A stretch of 63,797 nucleotides of DNA, filler included, from Lenisia limosa (lineage: Eukaryota; Protista; Breviatea), in NCBI GenBank assembly GCA_001655205.1. It is 19 parts of 19 records of this genome, joined end to end, with 100 filler letters (N's around TTAATTAATTAA, not from the genome) between each part and the next. Parts side by side here need not be neighbours in the genome. Positions count along the whole stretch, not along the records: positions 1 to 5,315 come from LPNZ01006705.1; positions 5,416 to 7,637 come from LPNZ01009969.1; positions 7,738 to 19,708 come from LPNZ01006682.1; 16 more parts are not named here. One strand, given 5' to 3'. Of the stretch, positions 1 through 14,000 are shown piece by piece (position 1 is the first letter of the stretch; each line of letters opens with the position of its first letter). A model generated the notes under the pieces. That model was not told where the DNA came from. It searched no databases and saw nothing but the letters and a program-made list of their open reading frames with translations. The position numbers and the translations under genes are program-made.

Positions 1-184
1 AAAGAAATTTAAAAAATAAAATAAAAAAAAAAGTGTCTGAAAAGGAGTACTTCAAATTTTAAATATTGCTGAATCAATTCCATAATTAACTCCTCAATTA
101 ACTTCCCAATTAATACCTCAACTAATATCTCAATATATTGATTTATTCATTTAATTGTACGAAGTCGTCACCCTACCCCCCAAC

Positions 185-3100
185 CTTGGAGGATTATCGA
201 TGCTCTGAGGGTGCTTCTTCTGGCTGGCCCAGGGTAGCAGTTTAAGAATACTTTTAGTCACATCGAATTTATGCGTGATGTGTGTAAGATTCGGGAGGTC
301 CTGCGCGGGGAAGGGGGTAAATTGGAAAATTTTAGAAACAAAAAAAAGCCCAAAATCAATCCAGTTTGTGTAAAAATGGAAATTTATGAATGGTCCTAAT
401 GTGGATTTGTTTTCATTGTCTACACTTTTGTAAAAAAAAAACAAGTACTCTTCCACCACCCAGAGCTTCACTTCGGTTCAAAAGACGGAATAAATCCTCA
501 AAAATTATCTATATTTTACCGGTATTTTTCGAACCGAAGTGACCATCATGATGTTCAACCTGTACCCCCACATTCATAATGTTAACCATGCTGCAAATTA
601 CGGCGTTGGAGATGATTGTGAACTGCTGAGGTGCCGAGCAAAGTTCATCGAGTAATCTGTCAACCTGGGAGGGGGGTAAAAATATTAACAATGTATCTCG
701 ATACACATAATTATTTCTCTGGTTTCAAAAATCGAAGGAAGAATATTGGCGTAAAGAACGGAATAATCAGAAACTCCCAACAAAAACAAAAACAAAACAA
801 CCAATAACAAACACGAGCAAACAAAGCTAAAACTAGACAAAAAACTGATGACAAAAACACAAAATTGAATGTACAATATTAAAAAAACAAAATCCCAAGG
901 AACCTTACGAAGTCTTAAAACATTTCTTACGTTTAAGTCCTTATAGCCATCATTAGAATCACCCGCACCTTCTCCACCATCAAACAAATCCACCCACCTG
1001 TCGAACAAGTGTGGCGTTGGTGGTGAACATGACATGAAAGAGCTCCACATCGCCCAGCTCTATTACAACTCGGAGGAGACCCTGGATGAATGAAAATAAT
1101 GAAACTGGACGCACTGTAAATGAACGAAAGTGATGAAAATCAGTCCCTGAAAATGAATAAAAAATATCACAATGAGACGCTCTGAGGCCTGAATATTGAT
1201 GACAATGAACAAGGGTGCCGTATAATTAATTAATTGATTGCCAATTAATTGCAATTAATTACTAACAAATGGCTTATTAAATTGCACCATCTTTCTCCAA
1301 ACCAATCAATTGGGATTTTCAACAGTTTTAAATTAAAAAACAACAGTATGATTGAAAAAACCGACTTTGGGTTGTTTGACGATATAGTATCTTCAAAAAA
1401 CAACCAAAAACAGCGTCACAAGGATCAATTTTAATAACAAAGATTACGCCTAGCGAAAAATACGGATTTATATAAATTAATTGCAATTAATTTCTGACAT
1501 TAATTGCAGAGATAAAAAAAAATCGTTGAAAAAAAATAATTGCACGGCACCCTACAATGAACACTGTCCCAGTAATACACTCACAAAGGCATATTACACT
1601 CACAACGGCTACTACAGTGCCACTCCATACCTGAGTTGATTTGGCTAAGGGCAGTATCAAATGCACCAGTTCAGGGTTATATCGAGCCAACTGCCGGGTC
1701 AAATAAATGGGCGGTTGTTTCAAAAGAGACCTTAATTCAAAAAACCAAGAAAATAGAGACTTTGAGGCAAAAAAACAAAGAAATAGACCGTTTTCAAAAG
1801 AGACTTGAAGGCAAATAATCAAGGAAGTAGACAGTTGTTTCTATAGAGACTTCTATGGGGAAAATACCCCCACCACTAAAAGCTGGATNNNNNNNNNNNN
1901 NNNNNNNNNNNNNNNNNNNNNNNNNNNNNNNNNNNNNNNNNNNNNNNNNNNNNNNNNNNNNNNNNNNNNNNNNNNNNNNNNNNNNNNNNNNNNNNNNNNN
2001 NNNNNNNNNNNNNNNNNNNNNNNNNNNNNNNNNNNNNNATCCTGGAGCGTGAGGGTGAATCAATCCCACATACACATATGAATAGCTGTATGGAATATTA
2101 TGCAAATATTGTCTGTCATACCCCCCCACAAATATAATTGTAAATATCCCCCAGACACACAGTGTACAGAATACCATTATCTAATATACTCCCTCAAACA
2201 ATCAAATCGCCATCCGAATCACATTGGTAGTCTATACCCCGGGTTGGGAGCCAGACGGTATCGGAATAGGCCTGGAAGAACTGACAGAGGTTGGCAACGC
2301 ATGTTTGACCACCTAGGAATGATTATTCGATGATGTTGGGAACTTGAAATGTTTGTAATTGACAAAGATTGAATTTATTTTAAAAAGCTCTCTATATCTA
2401 GAGCTTCACTTCGGTTCGGAAAAGGACTGAACTTCTCGATAAATCCTCGAAAACTATCGATATTCCACCAGGTTTTTTTAAACTGAAGTGAAGCCCAAAC
2501 TAGATCCCCACCCCCACATTCAGTTAAATCATGTTCTGCGAGGCCCAGTGCAAGATATGCAAGAAGCTTCTCGGGGAACGGAATCTGTAATTGATGTAAT
2601 TGATGTAATTGATGTAATTAATTGATAGGATTGATGTCATTGATGTAATTGATGTCATTGATGTAATTGATGTCATTGATGTAATTGATATGATTGATGC
2701 AATTGATATGATTGATGTCATTGATGTCATTGATGTGATTGATGTCATTGTAAGATTGAGATGATAAGTAATGTAATAAGAAAGAAATGATTGATGTTAA
2801 AAAAATTGTAATAGAGCAATCCCTCACGGTTGAAGTATGCTTAATGATAGAAGTGAAGATAACGGGGCTTTCGAGTAGGGATAACACCACTGTGATTATG
2901 TAGTCTCCGGGAAGCTTCGGATCATTCTAGGGGGGGANNNNNNNNNNNNNNNNNNNNNNNNNNNNNNNNNNNNNNNNNNNNNNNNNNNNNNNNNNNNNNN
3001 NNNNNNNNNNNNNNNNNNNNNNNNNNNNNNNNNNNNNNNNNNNNNNNNNNNAAATTTGTGATACGAAAAAAACAACCAAGAATCACTTGTTTTGGCTAGA

Positions 3101-5109
3101 ATACTTAACAATTATGTTTTCACACAGATTTCCAAGTGCCTTGACAGCAGGAATAAACATATTCCATTCTCTTATATAAAACTGGCATAAAAAAAAGTGA
3201 GAAATAAAAAAAAATGTATTTATTCCGAAGCCGTCCAATCATTTTTGATTTCCCATAATCCTCCTCCGCCCCCCATCCCACAATGATCATTACAATCAGT
3301 TCAAGAAGAAGATCGGACACCTTATCATGAGAAATACCTAAAAGGAGTCAATTCGAAGGCTCCACTTCCTGTTACAAAAGTAGTCAAATTGTATCAAAAG
3401 TTATCGAAGTTAATCAAAATTTATCAATGTTTATCGAGGATTAATCAAAATATATCGACGTTGAACGTGAACTTATCGAAACCTAACGCAATTTATCGAA
3501 ATATATCGAGAATGTATTGAAAATTAACGAAGATTATCAAAGTGTATGGCAAGTGTAATTTATTCTACATTTACCTTGTGCTACAACCCATCCACGTTCA
3601 CACAACCTTGATTACTAAAACAAAAACCCCAATGAGAATACAAATTACCCCTCGCTCTCTCACTAATCAGGCTCAGGATGATGGAGGACAAGATGAGGGG
3701 CGACGTGGCAATCAGACCTGATGCAGTGAGACAGTAATACAGTATCAAGAGTTGGGATTCTATCCTTGGTAGCAAGAAAAATACTCTAAAATCCAATCCT
3801 AGAAAAGAAATTAATACATCAGTTGAAGGGAGAAAAAGATACCCAGAGTACCGATTTAGTACGTTGAAAGGACACCAAGCTTTTAAGCAATATTATAGAT
3901 AATAAAGGCATGCAATCTTGCCTTTCTTTCTTTACAAAAAATGATAAATAAAAAACAAGGTTGTACCTGGCCGAAGCCTTGCTTTACATATCATGTCATA
4001 TTATACTAAACCACCACTTTCATAATTACACCNNNNNNNNNNNNNNNNNNNNNNNNNNNNNNNNNNNNNNNNNNNNNNNNNNNNNNNNNNNNNNNNNNNN
4101 NNNNNNNNNNNNNNNNNNNNNNNNNNNNNNNNNNNNNNNNNNNNNNNNNNNNNNNNNNNNNTATTGATGACAGTTTGACAGAACAGATCGCCTGCAATTA
4201 CTCCGGGCTAGAACGGGTGAAAACCGAGATTATAGATAGAGCTAACCACCGGCTCTTTGGTCCGTTTTAGAGACTTATTTTTATGATCATAGTTTCAATA
4301 GAGACTGTATCTGTCCACACCATCACGCGTATCAGAGATATTGCATATTACTTAACCTCTACCTTCAAATAAAATCACTCTTGCGTTGTTGCATGCCAAC
4401 AGAGATGATTCTGAGCTGTTTTTGTTTCATAAATCTCTCTCTCTCTCCCCCCCNNNNNNNNNNNNNNNNNNNNNNNNNNNNNNNNNNNNNNNNNNNNNNN
4501 NNNNNNNNNNNNNNNNNNNNNNNNNNNNNNNNNNNNNNAGCGCGAACCATTTTCTGGAGCGTAATGCAGTTTATCGGGTCTGTGGAGTCGTAGAAATCCC
4601 GAACCGTGGGATTGAGCAAATACTTCAGAATTGTGCCATCGTCATTTTGGGGAACACTCTGAGGAGGTGGTGTAAAATTGAAAAATTTATGAAACAAAAA
4701 AGCCCAAAATCAACTCTGTTGGCTGACAACACACGAGGGTTNNNNNNNNNNNNNNNNNNNNNNNNNNNNNNNNNNNNNNNNNNNNNNNNNNNNNNNNNNN
4801 NNNNNNNNNNNNNNNNNNNNNNNNNNNNNNNNNNNNNNNNNNNNNNAAACAAAAACCAGGCCAGTCGGAGGGTAAAATTGGTGATAACTAGGAAATTTCG
4901 ATGAAAAACAGGGGGAGGGGGAAACTGAAATAATATATAATAAGGTAAGCGGTACGGTGAAACACCCTCCCCCTCACCTGATGAGCAACAACAAGACATG
5001 CTTCATTTGGCGCCAAGAGAGGATTTAATTGGTGTCGGAAGAGACAGGCTGTCAGCCGCATGAATGGAAGGTTGTTGTGGTCAATGCCCGCCCAAAGAAA
5101 TGACATATC
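185..5109 (-). CDS. Multi-exon gene of unknown function, predicted mostly helical; incomplete at both ends
   Basis: Chain of GT-AG-bounded open exons on the minus strand: 5109-4978 (DMSFLWAGIDHNNLPFMRLTACLF...), ~4660-4540 (SVPQNDDGTILKYLLNPT...), ~2925-2825, ~1690-1630 (LARYNPELVHLILPLAKSTQ), ~1080-998 (GLLRVVIELGDVELFHVMF...), ~666-577 and 300-185. No family recognised. Confidence 0.6.
1213..1552. mobile_element. 340-bp MITE with GGGTGCCGT(G/A)(C/T)AATT terminal inverted repeats (family G)
   Basis: Left end GGGTGCCGTATAATT at 1213 and right end AATTGCACGGCACCC ending 1552, followed by TA. Internal AATTAATTGCAATTAATT motifs near both ends. Related solo ends (GGGCTCCGTGCAATT) at ~5236 and ~62898. 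Lies in an intron. Confidence 0.75.
2401..2496. mobile_element. MITE family A copy (TIR GGGCTTCACTTCGGTTCG)
   Basis: Inverted termini GAGCTTCACTTCGGTTC ... CTGAAGTGAAGCCC around a shared core (GACTGAA...CTCGATAAATCCTCGAAAACTATCGATAT). Further copies or partial copies at ~463, 6340, 7009, 33423, 34455, 35030, 37585, 38330, 41130, 42815, 43778, 47403, 47840, 48563, 48690, 48795, 49340, 56735 and 62367. Confidence 0.85.
2585..2750. repeat. 9-bp tandem repeat (ATTGATGT[A/C]) that runs into a minus-strand splice acceptor
   Basis: About 18 imperfect units; on the minus strand the last unit reads ...ATCAATTACAG and forms the acceptor of the exon IPFPEKLLAYLALG. Confidence 0.9.
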
Positions 5110-5315
5110 CTGGTGTGTTAGGAGTGGTTCTACCTCACGGTCCAAAAAGCGGTATAATATCGATATAAATCCAGTTTTTTTGGGACTGAGACCCAAGCTA
5201 AGAGGAGGGCAATATCTAGGGATGTATTTTTTTGAGGGCTCCGTGCAATTAATTCAAAATAAATTGCAATAATATTTGAAATGCGACACATGTTAATGTA
5301 AACTCAATTAGAGAC

Positions 5316-5415
5316 NNNNNNNNNNNNNNNNNNNNNNNNNNNNNNNNNNNNNNNNNNNNTTAATTAATTAANNNNNNNNNNNNNNNNNNNNNNNNNNNNN
5401 NNNNNNNNNNNNNNN
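5316..5415. other. Artificial contig-join spacer (44 N + TTAATTAATTAA + 44 N), first of 18
   Basis: Identical 100-nt structure with stops in all six frames recurs at 7638, 19709, 23302, 27681, 29698, 31444, 33312, 35658, 37417, 40667, 43981, 47303, 49926, 56428, 58512, 59945 and 61714. Recognisable genes are cut at these joins and do not resume on the other side. Confidence 0.97.
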
Positions 5416-5420
5416 TGTAG

Positions 5421-7277
5421 GTAAATTGGCAGCGAGTTCCGAACACCGCGCGTTCTTGGAATGGGGCCTTTTTCGAAACAGAATATTCTGGTACGGGGGG
5501 AGAGGGGGGTATTCTGTGGCTCATTTTGAAGAAGAGAAATATTGTACATTAGAAATCCAGGGAAATAAATAAATACGCAGGGATACTATAAACAAATTAC
5601 CATACTTCTTGTGGGATATGGTAATTTATATTCTGGTTTTTGATTTAATCAGGGGAGGGGTGGTGGTGGTGGTGATATGATTGAATCAATGATAGAGAGA
5701 CGACACTTTGGGGATATTCCTGCGGCGGGGGGNNNNNNNNNNNNNNNNNNNNNNNNNNNNNNNNNNNNNNNNNNNNNNNNNNNNNNNNNNNNNNNNNNNN
5801 NNNNNNNNNNNNNNNACCTACTAGGAACATAAATATCCAAGTAAGTTGACCTCCACAGAGGACGAGGGTGTTATCATTCGCAAGCTTCCTGAAAACCGTA
5901 ACATGTTGGGGGGGGGGGTAAACGGCCTTTTGCAAAACAAGTTTTCCTGACTTAAATTATTTAGAGGAGAGGAGAGGGGTTTGGATTGCTTGACTCTTTT
6001 TTTTCAATTTTTTTCATTTTTATTTTCTGATTTGCACCTTTAGATGAGTTAGTAGTTTCTACCTACATAGTATATTGTCTGACTTGCTTTATTTCAGAGA
6101 GTATTATATTTAATGCCTTGCTTTTTCGTAGTTTGTCTTTGGGAAATGATTCGCTAATTTTGAGATGATGGACAATGTCGTTTCATTGTCTAACTTGCCC
6201 TTCAGAGGCGACGTTCTTCTATCTGGCCTAGTGGAAACACTGGCAGCCGACTCCCATGAACAGTTTGATGGGAGATTGGGGAATCTTGGTTGGAAGGTTG
6301 TTATGTGATATTAAGCAGGTATGTCACTAGGGCTTACCTACTGTCCAATAAACCCCGGTAAAATATTGATATTTATCAAAGATTTTTCGAGAAATTCAGT
6401 TTTTTTTGGGACCATAGGGAAGCGTTTTGTGTCACTGAGGAACCTGGCTCGGATGTTATCAACTTTTACGCAATTTTAACCAAATTACAACACTAAAAAA
6501 TGCTGAAAAACTCTCTAGAGCTGATTAAACATTATTTATACGTAACAAAAGAAATGTTCATAATATTTCAACGATTTTTCTCAGTGGCATATCTGCTTTA
6601 ACAGAGTTGATTTGGTTATGTTTCATAAATTTTCCAATTTTTCTCCCTCATCCAGAGTATCGTGGACCGAAAATCGTCTTTTCCCCAACTGTGTGCTTCC
6701 CGAGGTCGTTATCAACCTCAAAGTACTAGTGCAGAAGGTGGGGGGAAGTAAACTTTATTGTATCTTTCGTTTTAATTCACATTTCTATGTCATTATCGTA
6801 TCTTTCGTTTACCTTGTATTTAGGGCTTCACTTTGGTTCAAAAAAAAAGACTGAATTTCTCGAAAAATTACGTATTTTTCGAACCAAAGTGAAGCCTTAT
6901 TTGTATTGTTAAAAGTTGTCACCCCCCTTTGCAGATTGAACCCGCCCCAAAGCCTAAAGTGTCTTTTAATGAGACTGAATTCCCACCAGGTTAGAGTTGA
7001 TACAGCTAGGGCTTCCCCACGTACTATTTCGATGTTTATCGAAGATTTATTGAGGAGTTATTAAGAATTTATCGAGGATTTAGAAAAACTCAAGTCTTTT
7101 TTAGGACCGTAGGGAATCCCTTAACATAAACATAATGAGTAGAGATAAGACTTAAATTGGTCGTATGGGAAAATAAAATAATGATAAACCAAAAAATATA
7201 TTAGTTGGAAACCCTCCATTTTTGACTGATTATTTCAGTGTCGCGCTTGCCAAGTCCAACAACTTCAATTGCCGAGG
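5421..7277 (+). CDS. Scattered small exons of an unidentified gene (contig 5416-7637)
   Basis: Candidate AG/GT-bounded exons at 5421-5490, ~6654-6722, 6935-6989 (IEPAPKPKVSFNETEFPP) and 7239-7277. Frames are not fully resolved and no family is recognised. Separated from the giant gene by an artificial join. Confidence 0.35.
6823..6897. mobile_element. MITE family A copy
   Basis: TA|GGGCTTCACTTTGGTTC...GAACCAAAGTGAAGCCT|TA: inverted termini with a TA duplication. Confidence 0.88.
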
Positions 7278-8018
7278 TGAGTGGGCGGATTGTGTTCCGC
7301 AAAATCCTATTTTCCTTGGGAAACCACATAGCAAATCAGCCAACGCTTTTCCCGGTCACTGTATATGATTTTGTTTGCGGTTTACTGACCGCGATAAGTC
7401 CTGACACGATTGACTGATGATAAAGCTCAATATCCGTGTCTGGACTTATCGCGGTCAGAGATAATATATGTATATATATATAGTAGCTATATGTTATATG
7501 GCATCCATTTCCAAATGACCATGTTAACAGTTACAGGGAGAGCCTGATTACGATGTAGTTGGTAGGAAGGGTGAGTTTTAATAGCCTTCCAATACCTCTT
7601 ATCACGTTACAGTTGTTTGTAAGCATCCCATTTATTANNNNNNNNNNNNNNNNNNNNNNNNNNNNNNNNNNNNNNNNNNNNTTAATTAATTAANNNNNNN
7701 NNNNNNNNNNNNNNNNNNNNNNNNNNNNNNNNNNNNNGGGGGGGGGGTAATTAATTATCGGGACCCGGGGTTTACAACATAGAAATTTTAAAATACCACA
7801 TAATCAAGCAATTCCTACTTTGTTTTTCAATCAAGTCTGTACTACCCGTGGTAAATGTGGAAGGGTTCGGCCAAATACTCCCTTAATTATTACTCATTTC
7901 AATGTGATCATATATGCATTATACATATGATATCTATTGATATTGACTTATATAGTGTAAAATTATATTGAGAAGATAATCATCTTTAAACATTCTGCGT
8001 TACTCTTGACTTCTTCAG

Positions 8019-11000
8019 GAAGACCCCATTTCCTGGGTTATTACCGCTTCGAGCTCGTTCGCAACAGTCAACGGACTTAAGCCGGCCACAACCTACTCCG
8101 TGGTGTACAGCTTGGACCTTGTTCCTTCCCCAGATTACATTCTCAACGTCGCCTCTTCGGCTCAAAATGTGTCGACCGGAGTTCCAACTATTCCGCCCGT
8201 GGCTTCTCTCAACGTACGCGTTTTCACTTGTTTAAATCCAAAAACAATGCTCTGTATTTTATTTTTCTCTTCTTTTTTTTTTTTTCATTTTGTTTATGTG
8301 TGCAGGTATACAGAATATACATATATTCAAAACCTGGGGAAACAAATACGTATACATTGGGATACCGTATAAAAAGTACCATACCGCTTCACAGCTATTT
8401 GCATGGTTTTCTAATCCATTTGTCTAGGCCATTCAAACCAGTAACGAGACCGCCTCTGTGACTTGGGAGTACCTTCCCGCCATCAAAATTGCCGCATACA
8501 TGCCCTTGCACGTACGCATTGCCGTTACTCCTGGCGACACCGTCACAATCCCGTATGAAAATACGAACACAACCATCACCGGTCTTGTACCTGACACGCT
8601 TTACTCGATTACTGTTGTCATGTGCGCCTCTGATTCGGTCTGTGATACCACTGAAACAACGACTTCCCTCCAAACCCCGGCCAACACGGTGGATCAACCA
8701 ACCAATTTCCGCTGGATGCCTGCTAAGCGCAAGGGTCGCTTTGGTACTTACTCCGCCCAACTTCTCTGGGATGCTCCTGCTGACTGCCCTGTTGAAAAGT
8801 ACATAGTCCGTGTTCGCAGCAGCGGTGCCACCTTTGAAACCGTTGTACCTACTATGGAGCTTCATGGCATTGCCGTTCTCAGAACATACGACATTTCTGT
8901 TGCTACAGTGAACTCCTATGGAATGTCGCGATTCAGGACTAGTACGCTTGTTTTTGTTCATTATTTCCCTATTTCATTTTGGGGGAGCTTTATGAGAGTA
9001 CTTTGCAATTGATATTCCTTTCTAGTTGCCTTATTTTTTTAAAATCCTAACTTTTTCAGTTGGAGTCGGTGCTGTCATCGATGAAATGGTTATCCACTAC
9101 TTCTCAGCCCAAAGTGCCCTGACGTCACCATCTTCATATGTCAAGGCTGGCTCCAACCTCATGCTTGTTTTCTCAAAGCCAATCAGGCCTCGAGACGACC
9201 TTAATATCGATTGTCCAGTCTTGGACTGTCAACTCGATGCGGTCCTGAACGTGACGGAAATCCGTACCGCAAGAACTGCTACTGAAAGCGATGCCAGTTT
9301 CGATTTCATCCGAATGAAATTCATCAGCGACCAACCCGAATTAGGCCTGGCCTTCACTCCGGGCACCATCTGTCAGCTCAACCCTGATTGCGAGTTTATC
9401 CCCGACGACGAAGACGTTGACGTTCCAGCTCTGACGCTTTCTACTCCACCAATGGTCAATGGCTTGACCGCTCTTCAAACCGATTTCTACCTCAAGGGCA
9501 CGAAAATGGAACTCGTTTCAGGCGAATTCTACAACATTGGCCCGGATGTGGTCTTTGACCGCAGAAGCACGCCGCCGGACGTTGAATACTTTATCCGCAT
9601 CGCTTCCGACGGCAATATTGTTCTCTACGACGGCGATGGTGCCGCAGCTCAGGCCATCCAGTTCAGGGCACAATACACCGACTTTGAGCGTCTGATCGAA
9701 AACGTCAACGCGACCGCAATCAATGATTTCGAAGGAACAGCCACTGTGACCTTCACCATCTCTGAAGCCGAGCAGAATCGTCTGAGAACAACCTCAAAGA
9801 GGTCCTTCAACGTGGTTCGTCCCAACCTCCCTCCCTGGTTCGAGGACTTCGATGTGGCCCCCGTTTTTGGTCACAACGCGGCAACTACGCTCTTCACCAC
9901 CGTTACGCTTGTTGATAACAACCCGGCGGACAAGATGACTGTTACAGTCTTCGCCCCGGGTGCCGATGTCATCCTTGCCGACTCGCTGGTCACCTCTTGC
10001 GAGCTTGACGTGTCAACAATCACCAGTGGAGCTGTTCTACTTGGCTCCCCCGAGGAAATCAACTGTGCGTTAAGTGGCCTGGAAGTCATTGCGCGAACTA
10101 TTGACACTGTTACTGGAGCTCTCGACATTCTGATCAGCGTTTCTGACGGTACCAATGACATGGTATTTGCTACCGCGTCAGCCCCCGTGGAACCTGTCTG
10201 CCACACTCCTCCTCGTCTCACCTCGGCAACAACAGCAAACGACTATGACGTTGTAATCACCTTCGATATGGACGTTATCGACCCCCCTAGTCTCCTTGTT
10301 TCCAAGGTGTTCGCCCCAACTACCGCCGCCCTCTTTGCTTCCGACGCGAGACTCAAACGCGCTTCCTCGAACTCTTTCGTTGTGATTAGTTTGACAGATT
10401 CGTCCTATGTTGTCGGCTCGGCTATTTCAGTTCGTTCCGTCTTCCGTGTGTGTGCCGACGGAGCTGCTTCGCCCAGTACGACTGCGCTCCAGGCGCCTGA
10501 ACACCCCAATGACCCAGTTATCCCGATCAGCGGACCGAAAACGGTGTCTCTCTGCGCCGGCGGCGGCGATCGAATTGTTCTCGAAAACTACTTTGCAACT
10601 GGATTTGCCGGTCGCGACGCCGAAATGATGTGGTCCGTCCCGGGATACTCCGAGTTCTTAGCGGACCAAGATTCATCCGCTTCCTCCATCTACCTTCTCA
10701 AGTCCGACTTGCTTACGGTCTCCGGCGACACGCTGAGTGTGCTGTTGACTGCAACTAATGCTTTTGATGTTCAATCTGTGGAAGAGCACGTGATCAGCCT
10801 TCGTTCTGGTGGGCATGAAGGCTTGGGCTTTTGGCCTGTTTTTGCATGATATTTGATAGCTTAATATATATGAAAACAAGAATAATATCGCGTAAACGCA
10901 TTATGTCTTATAAGCGTGATAGTGTGAACGGCTTCGGCCAGATACAACCTTGTTTTATTCTCATTTATCTTGGGTGGGGGTATCCACAATAATTATCATA

Positions 11001-14000
11001 CATATTATTATATTATTTCTTTGACTTCCTTCACCTTTCAGGGGCGGCTGTGGTTCCGATCCTGACTAGCACCAAGCTCAGTCAGAGCTACAAGGCCACT
11101 ATCCATCGCCTCTCAGTCACGGCTGATCTCACTGTCTGCGACTTCTCGAGTAGTGATCTTCGATTCGAATGGACCACAGATTACATTAGGAACCCTATTC
11201 GCCAAATCACTGCGAATTCTTCTACGTTGGGGAGGGGGGTCTGAAATATCGTGATATGCTGCCTTATGCCAATTATGTAGCCTTTGTGTTTTTTTTTTTT
11301 TGTTTTTTTTTTTNNNNNNNNNNNNNNNNNNNNNNNNNNNNNNNNNNNNNNNNNNNNNNNNNNTTTATGATTGTGTGAATTATATTGCACTATAATCCAA
11401 TATCTTATAAGCGTGGACGGCTTCGGTGCGATACTACCTTGTTTTTAGTTCTCATCTCAATTTTTTTTATATTTTTGTACCTTGAAGATATTTGGACTTA
11501 CCACTTCAGGGTAACTCTGGAAATGGACAAATTGGTCGCATCTGACCTGGTCCCTCTCACGGTCACGGCTTATATTGAGGGCGTGCCTTCCTCGAGAGCC
11601 TCGTTGACGGTACGTTTTATTTTTTTGGAGCAAGACATATTATACAAAAAAAAATTGCACAAGAAATATATACATTCTTGGGAAACAAATAAATACATTG
11701 GAGACCATTAAAACAAATATTATACACTGACCGCAATAAGTCCAGGGAGATTGAGTTTCATCTAGAGTCACTCGTGTCAGAGCTTATCACGGTCATTGTA
11801 CATTAAATACCTAGGTACAAAGTCTATATATCATTGGGCCAGTCTCTCATTTCCCAGTGCAAACTCACGTTTCAGGTCACATTCGAAAAATATGACTTCC
11901 GTTTCAACCCTGAACTTGAGGGAGGAAGTGAGCGTCGAGTCACAGTCGGAGAAGAATTTGAAATAATCCCCGTATACGGCTACAGAGGCGGCCGTCTTAG
12001 TACGACAACCCGTATTATCGGGACTATTGAGGACTACAAAATGACCGTTCTTTCACCGTCCGTCTTCACTTTGGTCCACGAAGTCACGCGACATGCCTAC
12101 ATCAGCAAGGGTGTTCGTCGTTACATCACGGAGCAGTTCGTTCAGAAAATCATCGCCGAGTACAACGGCTTCGCTATTAACTGTAATGTTGTTGATAACA
12201 GTCGCTGGAGCGGCAGTACGTTCGAACAGCGTTATAACGTTGAAGTTACAACCTATCCCGAAACCGCGGCGGAGCTCAATGTTACCCGTTCATTCACGGA
12301 CGACGACTATATCGTCACTGTCTCCAAATACGGAAACTACGTGCAATTACGTCAAAACTCAACCGCCGTTCCGGGCGTAAAACTCCTCAACATCGACGCA
12401 ACCTCCGCACTCGGCTACACTGCTTCCTGCAACCCGACCTTCGAACACGCCATAGTCGAGCCTAAGGTCCTTGTAGCCAAGGCCAACATGGCCTATTCGA
12501 ACCAGGATTGGACAGCTTCGACCTTCGCAAGAATCAGAAATGCCAAGCTCCAGCTCATTTTTAGAGGCTGCAGCAACCCTGCTACCGAGTTTCAGCTTTC
12601 GATGCCTCTTAAAGATGGCCGCATTATGCGAACTTCCGGCGCTCAACGGCGTGGCGCTGGCGTACTGTTTGCGTTCCCGAGACTAAAGCAGACGTTTAGA
12701 AGTTCGATTACCATCGTCGGCAAGGTTGACGGTCTAGTAACATGTCACTCGCAAATGACTGTTCTGTACGAACGCAATTCTAGAACTGGTTACAGTACTG
12801 ATGATGAAATTGCCGCATTCCTCCAACAATCCCCAACGGAGGCTGCAATGGGACTCTCAGAACTGAAGGAATACGACTCGATTTTCGCAAGACGTCGCGC
12901 TAGCGGCCCTTCGCCTAGCACCTTAGCCGTTAACAAACTTGCTGAATTGTCTCAGACCTACCCATCTCCGGAAGTTATGTATGCAGCAATGGAAATGGCT
13001 GCCGACCTTCATGACTACTCTCTTGACGACCAAGTCAGCATCTTCACATCGGTTCTCACCTGTGTTGAAGCCGTTGTCACTTCCGAGTTCATCGGAGACC
13101 GCGATAGTTCAATTGATGCACTCGGTGACGCCTTGACCGTGGCTCACGCATTCGCTTCAAACAGCACCACCATCCCTCCTAACGGCATCGTTTCGATGCT
13201 CACAGCCATCAACGAAGCCGCGGCTGTTCTTATCCCCTCTGCCGCTCTATACGACGACGAAAGCGCAATCATCTTGGCGCTGGCCAACCACTCAATCTCG
13301 GCCGGTTTAACATCGGAAGCTATCATGATCACTTCTGACATTTCCGCCTCCGTGAACTCCACTACCGAACTCGACGTTGCTCTGATGACCACCACAATCG
13401 AAGCCGCACCGAGCCTCCTGAGCCCAATCTTTGCTCTTGGTTCGTCAGCGTTCCCGGTCGCGACGGTAACTATCAACTCGATCGTCTCGGAGGAGCTCGC
13501 CGCCGCAGTATGTGACACTTGCCTTCCGCAGTGGCATCGTCTCGACAACAATACGTGGACGCCTCTTGGCGCGCCTTTCTCTTCGGAATATAACCTGGAC
13601 GGAATGGTGGACTTCGAGCTGGAAGCCGACGTAAACGTGGCGTACGCGCTCATTGGCGTTGACGTTGTGCGCGTTCCCACGTGCAATAATGGCGTAGTTG
13701 AAGGCGACGAGGAGTGTGACCCTTATAACACCGCTATGACCGGATGTGAGAATTGCGCCATTACGCCAGGTTACGTGTGCGCCGGTAAACCGTCCGTTTG
13801 CGTCCCGGAAGGCCCTGAAACGTGCCGGGCTCCAGAACTGGTTTCAGGCTGTATTGCCTGCATGCCATCATCAGGCGCCACTTGCAGCCTTTGCGCCGTT
13901 GACGGACACGTGCCTATCGGTGACAAATGTGTCCCCGCGACCGGACTTTCCAAAACCAGCCCGGTTGTCCCGGATGCCACGAACTCCTTCCAGTTCGGCG

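Noticed and set aside
5360-5371. Recurrent TTAATTAATTAA as a biological motif (PacI-like site or regulatory element)
   Set aside because: Always centred in exactly 44+44 N. It is an assembly linker with stops in all six frames.
7239-7277. Assigning the contig 5416-7637 exons as the 5' end of the giant surface-protein gene
   Set aside because: An artificial join at 7638-7737 intervenes, and no signal peptide or FN3 continuity is evident.
8395-8961. 188-aa minus-strand ORF, plus other short ORFs overlapping 9871-17281
   Set aside because: Antisense or alternate-frame shadows of the GC-rich giant CDS. The plus frame has the domain motifs and consistent splice phases.
10905-10965. Pistol-ribozyme resemblance (TAAGCGTGAT...CTTCGG) in family C
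   Set aside because: I could not find the required P1 stem and pseudoknot pairing by eye. It remains only a reason to run Infernal.
8942-11875. Whole introns being Introner elements
   Set aside because: Shared repeats lie inside introns and intron 5' ends are not homologous to each other, so the repeats are insertions into existing introns.
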